From an uncultured Pseudomonadota bacterium (GTDB lineage Bacteria > Desulfobacterota > Desulfobacteria > Desulfobacterales > Desulfobacteraceae): a stretch of DNA of 64,000 bases. A program made the position numbers and the translations under genes. A model generated the notes under the pieces. That model made no database searches. It was not told where the DNA came from and saw only the letters and a list, made by a program, of their open reading frames with translations. This document shows, one piece after another, positions 1 to 10,167 of this stretch. The stretch is from the NCBI GenBank assembly GCA_937880875.1, contig CALGRI010000380.1:19703-83702 (forward strand). The letters are read 5' to 3'. How positions within the stretch are numbered: position 1 is the first letter of the stretch; every line of letters starts with the position of its first letter.

Positions 1-317
1 CGTTCAATGCAGAGGAAAGCTGATTTGAGCATTTTGCCGACATCCCTGGTCGCTGCAATGACATCTTTCCAATGACACTCTTGCGGTACTTGAATGCGGT
101 GTTGTTCAGGAGCCATTGCCATTTCTTCATCATCGTAATATTCCATTGCTGCTGTATACTCTTCATCGTACACATCACACACCCGCTTAAAGAATAGAAT
201 CGGAAAGATGTATGTTTTATAATCCGAGGCATCAATTGGGCCTGTAATAATATGGGCCGCCTCCCATAGATGGCGTTCCAGGTCTGCAAGCGATAATTTA
301 TTCTGATTTTCATTCAT
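1..317 (-). CDS. hsdM: Type I restriction-modification system subunit M, N-terminal part (runs off the window's left edge)
   Basis: Not in the ORF track. Manual translation from the ATG at 317 gives MNENQNKLSLADLERHLWEAAHIITGPIDASDYKTYIFPILFFKRVCDVYDEE, matching the HsdM N-terminal pattern LW.AA..L.G......Y....L.LLF.KR..D. Confidence 0.88.
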   Translation of the reverse strand, partial: MNENQNKLSLADLERHLWEAAHIITGPIDASDYKTYIFPILFFKRVCDVYDEEYTAAMEYYDDEEMAMAPEQHRIQVPQECHWKDVIAATRDVGKMLKSAFLCIE

Positions 318-379
318 ATTTGAATCGCCGTTTCATTCATTTTGATAATTTTTTAATGTTGATGTCCTGTTTTTTTAAG

Positions 380-1882
380 CTACTTCAAAAGTATAACATA
401 TCTGCCCGTACTTCCAAGAATCCTTTTTTTCTGCATTTGAGCGACCATTTCTGCATTAAATTTTTCAGAAGATAAAGGGGCCTGAATGATATGGGTCAGC
501 TTCCAGCCAGCCTTTTGTAAAATTTTGCAATAACTATCAATTAAAATAGCTTGGCTTGGATCTTCTTTATCAGCAGGGCAATTTTGATAATCTCGCCAAT
601 CCTTGCTAATAAATGCAAGCCTGGTTTTTTTCTTGGATATTTTCTTTAAAAAAAGGCAAAATTTTTCCAGAAAGTTCAAGTACTCTTTTTTTGAAAGGCC
701 TGAAATACTTTTTTTGGCATTCCCTTGGGCATTTTTGTCAAATTCGGGTGGGTCGCAAATTATCAGATCAGGTTTTCCCTTAGAGGTAATAATAGGTAAA
801 TCTTTCCATTTACCCTCCAAATTCCAATAATAGGGTTCAATCTCCGGTCTGGTGTCAAGCCTGTCATCCATGTCCAGACTCCAGCATCTTCTGCCCATGG
901 CAAGGCAGGTATCAGCACACACACCGCCTCCTGCCATTGGATCAAAAACCAGATCATTTTGTTTTGAAAAAAAATACAAGATGTGTGCAATCAATTGCGC
1001 CGGAATACGACCGGGCCAAACATCTCCAAATCGTTTATCACAATCAATAAATTTCCATACATCCCATGTTTTGAGCTCCCAGTTAAGCTCTTTAAATCGG
1101 GATAGATCATCCTTTCCTGTCAGGGCCTGTGACCATGCCATAGGTTCAGGCCAGCCGTGCTTTTGCGCAACCTGGGGAATAGTAAATCCTTTTGATAAGT
1201 CGCTATTTGGCGGAAATGCCAATCCTGGCATTTCCGCCAAATGGTCGCGTAACGTCCTTCGGGGAATGCCCAGTCTCTTTGCTATCCTGTCCTGGGGAAT
1301 ACCAAGCAGGTTTAAATGGAAGATTTTAAGATCAAGCTCCAAAAGGGTTGTGGCCCTTAAATCAGCTATATATGAGTCCACTGCCTGCCTTGATCTGCCA
1401 ATTGCCTTGCCGATTTCAGAAGATGTTAATTTTGTATTGGTTTGAAAAGCACGTCTGGCAGTATTTCTTGTTTCAGATTCTGTGAGCTGCCTTGGGCCTA
1501 TTGCCATTTTTGCAGCATAAAGAAGCGGATCCATTTTATTCAATGTTTTGATAATTGCATCAATCTCAATCAGGCCGGCTTTTTTATAAGCACTCCATCT
1601 GTGTGCCCCATCTAGAATTCGATACTTACCTTTTTTACCTGACACTTTTGGATCGGGATAGGCTTGAACCTCAATGGGATCAAATTTAAAATTATCCCTT
1701 AGATTTTCAACAAAAACATTAATGCGTTTGTGGTCAATATTTTCTCTTGGATAAATGGATTCATCCAAATAAATATCTGAGACTCGAATTTTGACTAAAT
1801 CTTCTTTCATAGACTTTATAACGAGCGAATTCTGATCCGCCTGAACCTTTTGATTCTCTCTTTTTTTATAAATCATAAACAA
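380..1882 (-). CDS. ParB/Srx N-terminal domain + HTH + SAM-dependent amino-methyltransferase fusion
   Basis: ParB signature YRILDGAHRW; HTH-like LTSSEIGKAIGRSRQAV and IAKRLGIPRRTL; motif I VFDPMAGGG; motif IV variant DLIICDPPEF. The true start may be a downstream Met. Confidence 0.8.
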   Translation of the reverse strand: MFMIYKKRENQKVQADQNSLVIKSMKEDLVKIRVSDIYLDESIYPRENIDHKRINVFVENLRDNFKFDPIEVQAYPDPKVSGKKGKYRILDGAHRWSAYKKAGLIEIDAIIKTLNKMDPLLYAAKMAIGPRQLTESETRNTARRAFQTNTKLTSSEIGKAIGRSRQAVDSYIADLRATTLLELDLKIFHLNLLGIPQDRIAKRLGIPRRTLRDHLAEMPGLAFPPNSDLSKGFTIPQVAQKHGWPEPMAWSQALTGKDDLSRFKELNWELKTWDVWKFIDCDKRFGDVWPGRIPAQLIAHILYFFSKQNDLVFDPMAGGGVCADTCLAMGRRCWSLDMDDRLDTRPEIEPYYWNLEGKWKDLPIITSKGKPDLIICDPPEFDKNAQGNAKKSISGLSKKEYLNFLEKFCLFLKKISKKKTRLAFISKDWRDYQNCPADKEDPSQAILIDSYCKILQKAGWKLTHIIQAPLSSEKFNAEMVAQMQKKRILGSTGRYVILLK

Positions 1883-2525
1883 TTTAAAAGAATATGTTTT
1901 CCAGTATCATTTAAAACAGGGCTTGTAAATCAGGGAAATCCAAAACCAAAACTTTTTAACCATTTGAATCGCCCAGGCAGGGATAATTAATCATATTTTC
2001 AATAAAATTTTATTTTGATAACAAAAGTGTGCTTTGGGGTCTGAGGAAGAATATTCGTCTGATACCAGGTGCAGAATCCCCAATACTTGTTTTGAAAGTC
2101 CTTCCCTAATTTTAATTTTTACTCGTCAGCTTTTATACCATCAATGCTCCCGAGGAAATCGGACTCAATTTATGAAAATTTTTGCATTATTAAGCCCTTT
2201 AATATATCACAAAATAGTTATGGATATCATTGGAATCGTTCATCATTTGAAGAATCAACAGTAGTTGCGAGTTAGTCTTGAGTTTTCGGCTTGCAAAAAA
2301 AAATGAAAATTCCTGTCATGCAAATCCTATAAAAATTAATGGAAGAATTGTTCATCTGATTGAGCTTGACCAAATATGATTGAATATTCCTTTACACAAA
2401 TTCGAAATATTGATATGGATTTATTGATCAAAAGGTTTAATCGTTTCGGGTCGACGGATAACCACTTTCAATGCCTGTGCTCGCAACGAACCCGGGCATT
2501 GAAAAATAGAATTTATGAAAACGCC

Positions 2526-3518
2526 ATGATTGCACTATACATTTTTTTAGTTCTGATCGCTCTTATTGCACTGATTTTTACAAAAAAAATCCTGCAGTTA
2601 AATAAAGGAAAACAACTAGCAGATGCTCAGGTTTCCAGCATAAAAATCAACAAACTATCGTCGCCCGGGACCGTCAAAGTACTTTCAATACTTCCTTTAA
2701 TTGATTATTACACGGATAACCCGAATTTAAAAACAGAACCCGGTGTCTCCTATCTAATTTCAGCCGATGATACCAAAATCTTGTTGGATGTCGGGTTTAA
2801 CAAAAAGAAAGAGCATCCCTCCCCGCTTCTCCATAACATGAAAACTCTTGGCATTGCTGAATCTAATATTGATATGATCTTTATCAGCCATCCACACTTA
2901 GACCATGTGGGGGGGATGACGGAACAAAAAGAAAAAACATTCAGTTTGTCACAGGGGCCTGTTTCGCTGCCGAATTTCCCGGTTTATTCGCCAGCCAGTA
3001 TCTCTGCCTCCAGATGGAACCCAGGCCCAGAGACGCAGGTGATTACAGACCCCGCCGTTTTAAGAGAAGGAATCGTCAGTATCGGTGTCATTCCACGATA
3101 TTTATTTCTCATGGGCTATACCCTGGAAAACTCCCTGGCCATTAATGTTGCAGGCAAAGGAATCGTCCTGATCATTGGCTGCGGTCACCAGACCATTGAG
3201 CGCATCATCGAACGGACCCGGGCCCTGTTTGACGAACCGATATACGCAATTATCGGCGGCCTGCATTACCCGGTCAACGGCGGCAGAATCATGATCGGTC
3301 CCATCAATATTCAGCGCATTGTCGGATCAGACAGGCCTCCTTGGATCAGCATCCGAGAATCTGATATAAAAAACGCAATTGCGGCAATCAAAAAAGTGTC
3401 CCCCAAAATTGTTGCCCTGTCCCCCCATGACAGTTCTGACTGGTGTATTGATCAATTCAAACAGTCGTTCGGCGACACTTATGTGGACGTGAAAGTCGGA
3501 AAAAAAATTGTGATCTGA
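2526..3518 (+). CDS. Membrane-anchored MBL-fold metallo-hydrolase
   Basis: SHPHLDH metal motif, LLDVG, GCGH, GGLH; hydrophobic N-terminus from the ATG at 2526. The ORF-track start at 2376 is probably too long. Confidence 0.8.
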   Translation: MIALYIFLVLIALIALIFTKKILQLNKGKQLADAQVSSIKINKLSSPGTVKVLSILPLIDYYTDNPNLKTEPGVSYLISADDTKILLDVGFNKKKEHPSPLLHNMKTLGIAESNIDMIFISHPHLDHVGGMTEQKEKTFSLSQGPVSLPNFPVYSPASISASRWNPGPETQVITDPAVLREGIVSIGVIPRYLFLMGYTLENSLAINVAGKGIVLIIGCGHQTIERIIERTRALFDEPIYAIIGGLHYPVNGGRIMIGPINIQRIVGSDRPPWISIRESDIKNAIAAIKKVSPKIVALSPHDSSDWCIDQFKQSFGDTYVDVKVGKKIVI

Positions 3519-3816
3519 TGGGCCGGTGGAAAAAAAGAAATTATTGAATTTTTAAGGTCAGCAAAGATTCAACAATCAGCCACTTAATCTCCAATAAAAA
3601 CCATTCCGGCAGTTTCTCCCGGAAGCAATTATATTTTCGCAAAAGTGCATTTGTTGAAATACCTTTGCAGGTATAAAAAATGTTGATACGGAATTCTGGA
3701 AACAGATTTTATTTACTTATCTATTCGGATATTATTCAAAGTTACAAGATAAACAGATCTGTATAATTTATTGTTGAATCTATATCTGCAGCGCAGCTGA
3801 ACAGGAATAATTGCTC

Positions 3817-4227
3817 TTATTTGAAGAAATCCTTAATCGACTGCCAGATTGATTTGGAGCCCTTCTTGGTCCCTTCCCACGCCTCTTTGGAGCCCTTTTT
3901 AATTTCTTCCCACGCCTCTTTGGAGCCCTTTTTAATTTCTTTACCGACCTCTTTGGTGTCCTTTTTAATTTCTTTCCCGACCTCTTTGGTGTCCTTTTTA
4001 ACTTCTTTACCGACCTCTTTGGAGCCTTGTTTTGTTTTTTCCCACGCCTCTTTGGAGCCTTGCTTTGTTTTTTCCCACGCCTCTTTAGACCCTTGTTTGA
4101 CATCTTTCCACGCCTTCTTTGTCCAGGATTTGGTCTTGTCCAAGGCGCTCTGTTCCGCATATGTAGCGGTGTTGATAGAGAACGCCAGCACGATGAGCAG
4201 GGTGGTAAGAAGAATTTTTTTTCGCAT
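3817..4227 (-). CDS. Secreted 11-aa-repeat amphipathic helical protein (LEA/apolipoprotein-like)
   Basis: Signal peptide MRKKILLTTLLIVLAFSINTATYA after a GAGGT RBS; tandem 11-mers KEAWEKTKQGS / KEVGKEIKKDT. Confidence 0.75.
   Translation of the reverse strand: MRKKILLTTLLIVLAFSINTATYAEQSALDKTKSWTKKAWKDVKQGSKEAWEKTKQGSKEAWEKTKQGSKEVGKEVKKDTKEVGKEIKKDTKEVGKEIKKGSKEAWEEIKKGSKEAWEGTKKGSKSIWQSIKDFFK
3856..4120. repeat. Coding tandem repeat, 33-bp period, about 8 imperfect units
   Basis: Recurring cccacgcctctttggagcc and ccgacctctttggtgtcc units at 33-bp spacing. Confidence 0.85.
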
Positions 4228-4606
4228 AATGATACCTCTCAATTAGTATTTGCTATTTGTTAAGCAAGTAGTAGGATAAAATTTTTCTTCTTGTCAAGAA
4301 GAACATAAAAATTAACGCAGACCTCAAGCCCCCTTATTTCAGTCGATGGCCCTGAGCTTAACGTTCAAATTTATTCATTGATAAGTTTCCATTTGGCTAT
4401 TTCCCTATAGTGTTCTCAATATATAGATGTTAATGGGTCGCTTGATCCGGCCCAAGATTAATTATCCCTGTTCAAACTATTCACGGACTGGAATTCTCAG
4501 GAATAACAAAAGAATGCTCTACCGATTAAAATTTAAGAAATAACCGTTCACACTAAATATGTAAATATGGTAACATCACCTGAAAATAATTTATAAACCA
4601 ATACAC

Positions 4607-5563
4607 TTGGATATTATTATGAAGAAAAGAATTATTGCGGCGTTACAAATTGGTTCTGATTCAAAAGGCACTAGTGTAACTTTGGATCGAATTTTATCTT
4701 TTGAAAATGATATTAAAGAATCAAATTGTGATGTGTTGGTTATGCCGGAAGCTCTTTTGGGCGGATACCCAAAGGGGTCAGATTTTGGTACACGTGTGGG
4801 ATATAGAACTTCGGAGGGTCGCGAAGAATTTTTACAATATTGGCAACAAGCTGTTGATATTGACGGGCCCGAAGTGATTGCTCTTACTAAGCTGGCAAAA
4901 TATTGTGGAACCTCTATTGTCATAGGCATTATTGAGCGAGGTGGCACAACTCTATTCTGCACAGCTCTGTTTATATCAGATAATGGTGAAGTCGTTGCAA
5001 AACACCGAAAATTAATGCCTACAGCCAGTGAGCGATTAATTTGGGGTCAGGGAGATGGTTCAACAATCCCTATTGTGGAGACTGCTGCGGGGCGAATAGG
5101 CGCTGCAATTTGTTGGGAAAATTATATGCCGCTTTTACGGTCAACTATGTACGCAAAAGGGATTCAAATATGGTGCGCTCCTACTGTTGATGACCGGGAT
5201 ATTTGGCAGATCAGCATGCGGCATATTGCTTATGAAGGCAGAATTTTTTTAGTGAGTGCATGCCAGTTTAAACCGCCACCTTCAGAGGATGATATCAAAG
5301 ATAAAGCATGGCCAAAAGACAAGCCGCTGATTCGAGGCGGCAGTGTTATTATTTCTCCCATGGGTGAAGTACTTGCCGGTCCTATATATAATAAAAATGG
5401 GCTGATTTCTGTCGAGATTGATCTGAATGATATTGTAAAGGCACGGTACGATATGGATCCAATGGGCCATTATTCTCGTCCTGATGTGTTCAAACTCACT
5501 GTGAATGAACAAGAACGCCCTCCTATTTTTAAAATTGGCAATGATACTCTCAAGGAATTTTAA
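4607..5563 (+). CDS. Nitrilase (carbon-nitrogen hydrolase family)
   Basis: Glu-Lys-Cys triad motifs [25 protein letters not shown]; C-terminal [12 protein letters not shown]. Confidence 0.92.
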   Translation: MDIIMKKRIIAALQIGSDSKGTSVTLDRILSFENDIKESNCDVLVMPEALLGGYPKGSDFGTRVGYRTSEGREEFLQYWQQAVDIDGPEVIALTKLAKYCGTSIVIGIIERGGTTLFCTALFISDNGEVVAKHRKLMPTASERLIWGQGDGSTIPIVETAAGRIGAAICWENYMPLLRSTMYAKGIQIWCAPTVDDRDIWQISMRHIAYEGRIFLVSACQFKPPPSEDDIKDKAWPKDKPLIRGGSVIISPMGEVLAGPIYNKNGLISVEIDLNDIVKARYDMDPMGHYSRPDVFKLTVNEQERPPIFKIGNDTLKEF

Positions 5564-5959
5564 ACCCCAAGTTTAAAATAAAAAAATAGCGAATTAGGAT
5601 TCAGGCTGATATACAAACATCAAAGCTGTTTAAATGGACTCAATGATAATTATCCCTGTACTTAGTTTTCAAAAGCTGAAATTGAGATATATAGATCACA
5701 ATTTAGCAGATTTAAAAAAAATATTTCCCAAGGTGTGAACAAAAAGGATGTGAATGTATTCACTGTGATGGAAGAAAGGATCATTTGATTGTGCAGTGTC
5801 CCATATATTGAACCTCTATTTACAATTATAATTTCTCCTGATACAAGTTTGCCGATAAAAATTAATTGATAATTGCAGTCAGATAACATGAATAAGAACC
5901 TGTATGGTAACATTTAGAAAAAAATAAAAATCCTTCAACAGGATAAAAGAGGATATAAA

Positions 5960-6406
5960 ATGGGGAAAATCTGGAAAAAAGAATTTAAAATTGAAGACCT
6001 TAATCTTTTTACTAAAGAGTCCATTGTCGGACATGTGGGCATTGAATTTTTGGAAAAAGGGGATGATTTTATAAGCGCAACCATGCCCGTGGATAAAAGG
6101 ACCATGCAGCCCCTTGGTATCCTGCATGGCGGGGCATCCGTGGTCCTGGCCGAAACTCTGGGCAGCACTGCATCCTATTTGACACTTGAGGACTCCCACT
6201 ACAGTGTGGGCCTGGAAATAAAAGCCAACCACATAAAAAGTGTTACCAAAGGACGGGTAACAGGTGTGGTAAAGCCGGTTCATCTGGGCAAAACAACCCA
6301 GATATGGGATATTTCCATTGAAAACGAGAAAAACGAGTTGATCTGTGTTTCACGCCTGACGATGATGGTTTTAAAAACTGCAACAGATAAGAAGGGAAAT
6401 CTTTGA
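5960..6406 (+). CDS. Hotdog-fold acyl-CoA thioesterase (PaaI/YdiI family)
   Basis: QPLGILHGGASVVLAETLGS and VGLEIKANH motifs. Confidence 0.92.
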   Translation: MGKIWKKEFKIEDLNLFTKESIVGHVGIEFLEKGDDFISATMPVDKRTMQPLGILHGGASVVLAETLGSTASYLTLEDSHYSVGLEIKANHIKSVTKGRVTGVVKPVHLGKTTQIWDISIENEKNELICVSRLTMMVLKTATDKKGNL

Positions 6407-6483
6407 TAATTCCCCAAATATATTTAGTGTTCTTTTTTTGTTTCTTAAAAAGGTCCGGGGCCTACGCCCCTTCCTCAGGAGTG

Positions 6484-7674
6484 TTATCCGACTTTAAGGA
6501 CAAGTGCGGCTGAGGTATCCCCGGCAGCACAACCTGTAAAAAGAACATATCCGCCACCCAACATGGCAGCCTCCTCAATTCCTTCAATAATGGACCGACC
6601 GGCTGTGGGGGCCTGGGGATGTCCAAATATCAATGAACTTCCATAATTATTAAAGGTATTAATATCAAGATTCATTTGCCTGGACATATAGATATCATTG
6701 GCAGCAAAAGGGTTATGGGTTTTAATCACTTTAACGTCCTCAACTGCCAGCCCGGCTCTTTCCAGAGCCATCTGGGCCGCTGGTACGGGCGCCATTGGCA
6801 TGTGCGCCTTTTTGACCCTTGCATGGCCAAATGATATCACCTGAATTTCAATATCTGGATCAGCGCTCAATTCTTTTGCTTTTTCCCGGTCAGTAACTAT
6901 GAGTGCACAATGACCGTCAGCCGGGTGGGTCTGGGAGCCGAATGTCAGTTTGCCATCCGGCAGGACTGGCCTGAGTCCTTTAAGACCTTCTGCTGTGGTT
7001 TCCATGATACCTTCATCTGAATCAATCCGGATGGTTTTTTTCTTTGACACCCTGATTTCAATGGGAAACATGTATCGTTTTTGAAATTCTCTGTCATTGG
7101 CCAGGGAATCTTGATATTGTTCATACCTTCTTAGGGCGTTTGCATCACACTCTTCCCGGGTAATTCCAGCCATTTTTATGACATTTTCCGCAGTCTGGAT
7201 CATTGCTCCGCCCGCCCATGGATCATTGCCAAAATGATCCATGACCCAATTTTCTGAAATAACCTGTCCGCCTGGGCCTTTGGGATTTGGCCAGATTGTG
7301 TGGGGTCCATTGGAACAGCGATCAGTATAAAGATTATAAACCGTTTCATAGGCCCCATTTTCCACACCCATGGCAGATTGGAATATACCTGTGGTTGAGG
7401 TTGAACAGGCCTGGCTTATGAGTAGGCCAGCCGTTTCTGTGGAGCCGATAAGTCCTGATGCCCAGGGACCCCCATAAAAAAGGCCGGGCTGTCCAATGGT
7501 AACCCCCAGCATCAGGTAATCAAAAATCTTTGGATCAAAATTCTTTGTTGCAAGCCACCTTTTTGAAGTTTGAGCCCCAAGTGTAATGGAGTTCTCATTG
7601 GCAAGACTGCCCTGCCACCTTATAAAAGGGGTGGAATAATATCCTTTATACGGAATAAATGCTTTTGTTAACAT
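6484..7674 (-). CDS. Thiolase-family protein with non-canonical motifs
   Basis: QACSTS nucleophile Cys, HPADG, KTHNPFA, GSSLIFGHP, GCAAGD. Confidence 0.85.
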   Translation of the reverse strand: MLTKAFIPYKGYYSTPFIRWQGSLANENSITLGAQTSKRWLATKNFDPKIFDYLMLGVTIGQPGLFYGGPWASGLIGSTETAGLLISQACSTSTTGIFQSAMGVENGAYETVYNLYTDRCSNGPHTIWPNPKGPGGQVISENWVMDHFGNDPWAGGAMIQTAENVIKMAGITREECDANALRRYEQYQDSLANDREFQKRYMFPIEIRVSKKKTIRIDSDEGIMETTAEGLKGLRPVLPDGKLTFGSQTHPADGHCALIVTDREKAKELSADPDIEIQVISFGHARVKKAHMPMAPVPAAQMALERAGLAVEDVKVIKTHNPFAANDIYMSRQMNLDINTFNNYGSSLIFGHPQAPTAGRSIIEGIEEAAMLGGGYVLFTGCAAGDTSAALVLKVG

Positions 7675-7694
7675 GGTGCCTCCTAATTATTTAC

Positions 7695-10163
7695 CTATAT
7701 AATAACGGCTTCCTTTGTTTTTACCCACCCAACCTTGCCTTTTGAAAACAGTATTTTTAAATACCCCTCTTTTGTCTCTTCAACACTTACCTTGGTTCCG
7801 GCATGAAGATCAAATAGTTTTGTAGAAGTGTCTGTCACACCTGAACGTACCGCAACTTGCTCCTGCACAATGACTGCAGTCTGCTTTGCAGATTGTTTAT
7901 AATAATTCATGCATGTAATGGCTGTGACCAGAACAAATATGGATATCAGGAGAATACCCGTACCTGAAAGAATTTTTTGTTTTTTCACACTTCTAATGGC
8001 AGCCCAGATGAAAAAGACAAAAGAAAAGAAAATAGCTGTAATCTGAATTGTTTTTAAGGCAATCAAATTGTCCCAGAAAAAAAGAACATCCATGATATTC
8101 ATTGTATCTTCTTTTTTATCTTTCACAAGGGTGTTGGCATACTCAAGGTTAAATTTCAGGTCTGGATCATTAGGGGCCAGAATCTTTGCCCTTTCATACC
8201 ATAAAATAGCTTGGCCGATATCATTGGCTTTTAGATAGGCATTTCCAATATTATAGAAAAGATAGGGGTTTTTAATATTGCTTTTTGCAAGGGCTTCAAA
8301 CTTTATGGCTGCCTGTTTGAAATCACCTTTATTATATTTTTTTATCCCGTCCATGAATGTGGCGGCAGGATTGGCCATTGCCCTTTGCGGAACACCAGAA
8401 AAAATTCCCAGAAAGACAACTGCAAAACAAAGCAGTTTCATCATCTGCTTTATCTTTGACAAAAACATCTTTGCCTTATTTTCATCGATTTTCTCCTTGC
8501 CGAATCGAATAGATTCAATGGTTTCAAGAAGATGGGTGATCTGGTCTATCTGGGTGTCATCCACATTGGCATCTGTTAAAATCATCCGGGTTTCTGTTCT
8601 TGTGACGGTCTCCCCTTTCTTTTTACCTTTGGCAAAAATCAGCGCCACCAGGCTTGAATAAAGATGCCCTAAAAAATCTTTATCCTCAGGTTCCATTTTG
8701 CCTGCCTGTTTTAAATGATGTCTTGCCTTTTCTTCCATTACCTTTTCAATGGATAAATCCTTTTTTACAGCCAAGGTAACCAATTTAACCCCTGAAAATA
8801 AAATTGCCGGGATTGACAGAAATAAAAAAAAGAATAGAGGATTTATTTCCCGCCAGTTATCCAATACCTCCAGCCCTTCTTTTATTTCCAGAATATCCTT
8901 ATTAACAAGGGAAACCTCTTCTTTAACAATCGCTTGACTCGTTGTGTGGTTCAATGGGGTTGCGGCCAGGTGCATTTCTTCAGACGGGGTGACATCCAGA
9001 AAGATTTGTTCCGTTGAAATCCTTTGAAAATCCTTTTGATCCACATCAAAATAAACCAGTGATACCGGGTTGATTAAATATTTGCCGGGATTGACAGGAA
9101 CAATGGCTTTCTTGAATACTTTAAATCCCTCATATCCCGTGTCTGTTAAATGAATGGTTTCAACGGGGTTGTCGTCATAAACCTTAAACGCATCCTGATC
9201 CAGGTCCATTTGAGGAAGACTTGCATCCATGATATTGCCTGATCCTGAAATTTTTATGGTGAGTGTTGCAGACTCCCCGGCTTTAAGGCTTGTTTTGTCA
9301 ATATCTGCTTTAATATCAAAATGGCCCACAAGCCCTGAAAATTTATCATCACCCTGGTATTGGGGAACAGGATTGACTTCAATTTGCACGGGATTTGAAA
9401 CCACCCTTACAGGTTTAAAATTGTTAGAAGAAAAAAAGGAGTCATTAAAAAAAGAGTCAAACCGCGAATCCCGCTTTGATTCTACAATCACCCTGGCAAT
9501 CAAAACTGCAGGATCAATATTGAATATTCCAGGGTTTGCAGGGATGATGATATAATCAACCTGGGTCACGTTATAAAGAACCCCATTAATGTTCTGTGTA
9601 TAATTTTTTTCCTTTTCAAATGGCTTTGATGAAAACCCTTTAAATTCAGGCGGCTTTTCAAACCCTAAACCTGACAATCTTTTTGAGGTAAAAAACTTTA
9701 AAGAGAAGACCGTCTGCTCACCCACAAAAAGGCGGGTTTTTGCCATATCTGCTGTGGCAAACAATGCCTTGACATCATCAGGTTTCACCACCTGATCTGA
9801 TACATGGATGACAATTTGCTTTGTGAAAGCGATTTGACCATCCATAACAGCCTTTATGGCAGGAATTTTTAAGGCCCCTTTTGTCAAAGGAATCAGAACA
9901 TATTGATAAATTGCCTTTCTTTCGGATTTACCATTAATATAATTATAGCTTGAAGAGGAACCCCGGGATATAACTTTAAAATCCTTGATCATGGAAAGAT
10001 CCAGGTCAGCTTTACCGCCTATGACCACAACCTGTAAAAAAACAGAGTCTTCCCTGGAAATCTTGGTTTTGTCAACATTGGCAGTGACGTCAAAGCAAAC
10101 ACCTGTGGCCGGCAAAATAGCCACCAACACCAATGCAACAAAAAAAATGCTTTTTAAATTCAT
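7695..10163 (-). CDS. batD: BatD oxygen-tolerance protein fused to BatE-like TPR/SH3 region
   Basis: Signal peptide and BatD repeats (FSGLVGHF..., GSGNI); C-terminal TPR (YNIGNAYLK, WYERA...P.D.DLKFNL) and SH3b-like end (LHAGTKV, GWV); last gene of the moxR-bat cluster. Confidence 0.85.
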   Translation of the reverse strand: MNLKSIFFVALVLVAILPATGVCFDVTANVDKTKISREDSVFLQVVVIGGKADLDLSMIKDFKVISRGSSSSYNYINGKSERKAIYQYVLIPLTKGALKIPAIKAVMDGQIAFTKQIVIHVSDQVVKPDDVKALFATADMAKTRLFVGEQTVFSLKFFTSKRLSGLGFEKPPEFKGFSSKPFEKEKNYTQNINGVLYNVTQVDYIIIPANPGIFNIDPAVLIARVIVESKRDSRFDSFFNDSFFSSNNFKPVRVVSNPVQIEVNPVPQYQGDDKFSGLVGHFDIKADIDKTSLKAGESATLTIKISGSGNIMDASLPQMDLDQDAFKVYDDNPVETIHLTDTGYEGFKVFKKAIVPVNPGKYLINPVSLVYFDVDQKDFQRISTEQIFLDVTPSEEMHLAATPLNHTTSQAIVKEEVSLVNKDILEIKEGLEVLDNWREINPLFFFLFLSIPAILFSGVKLVTLAVKKDLSIEKVMEEKARHHLKQAGKMEPEDKDFLGHLYSSLVALIFAKGKKKGETVTRTETRMILTDANVDDTQIDQITHLLETIESIRFGKEKIDENKAKMFLSKIKQMMKLLCFAVVFLGIFSGVPQRAMANPAATFMDGIKKYNKGDFKQAAIKFEALAKSNIKNPYLFYNIGNAYLKANDIGQAILWYERAKILAPNDPDLKFNLEYANTLVKDKKEDTMNIMDVLFFWDNLIALKTIQITAIFFSFVFFIWAAIRSVKKQKILSGTGILLISIFVLVTAITCMNYYKQSAKQTAVIVQEQVAVRSGVTDTSTKLFDLHAGTKVSVEETKEGYLKILFSKGKVGWVKTKEAVII

Positions 10164-10167
10164 ACCA

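Noticed and set aside
2034-2264. Short ORF in the gap upstream of the ParB-MTase gene
   Set aside because: No RBS or recognisable motif on either strand; may be decayed sequence but cannot be supported.
3856-4120. 33-bp periodic repeats as a possible CRISPR array
   Set aside because: No unique spacers; the period is a multiple of 3 and encodes an 11-aa repeat behind a signal peptide; no cas genes.
3780-4246. Overlapping ORFs 3780-4160 (-) and 3821-4246 (+)
   Set aside because: Shadow frames kept open by the repeat; only the 4227-start frame has an RBS and signal peptide.
4310-4370. Weak attC-like look (TTAAC...GAGCTTAACGTT)
   Set aside because: Ends do not fit RYYYAAC/GTTRRRY, pairing is poor, and there is no integrase or second site.
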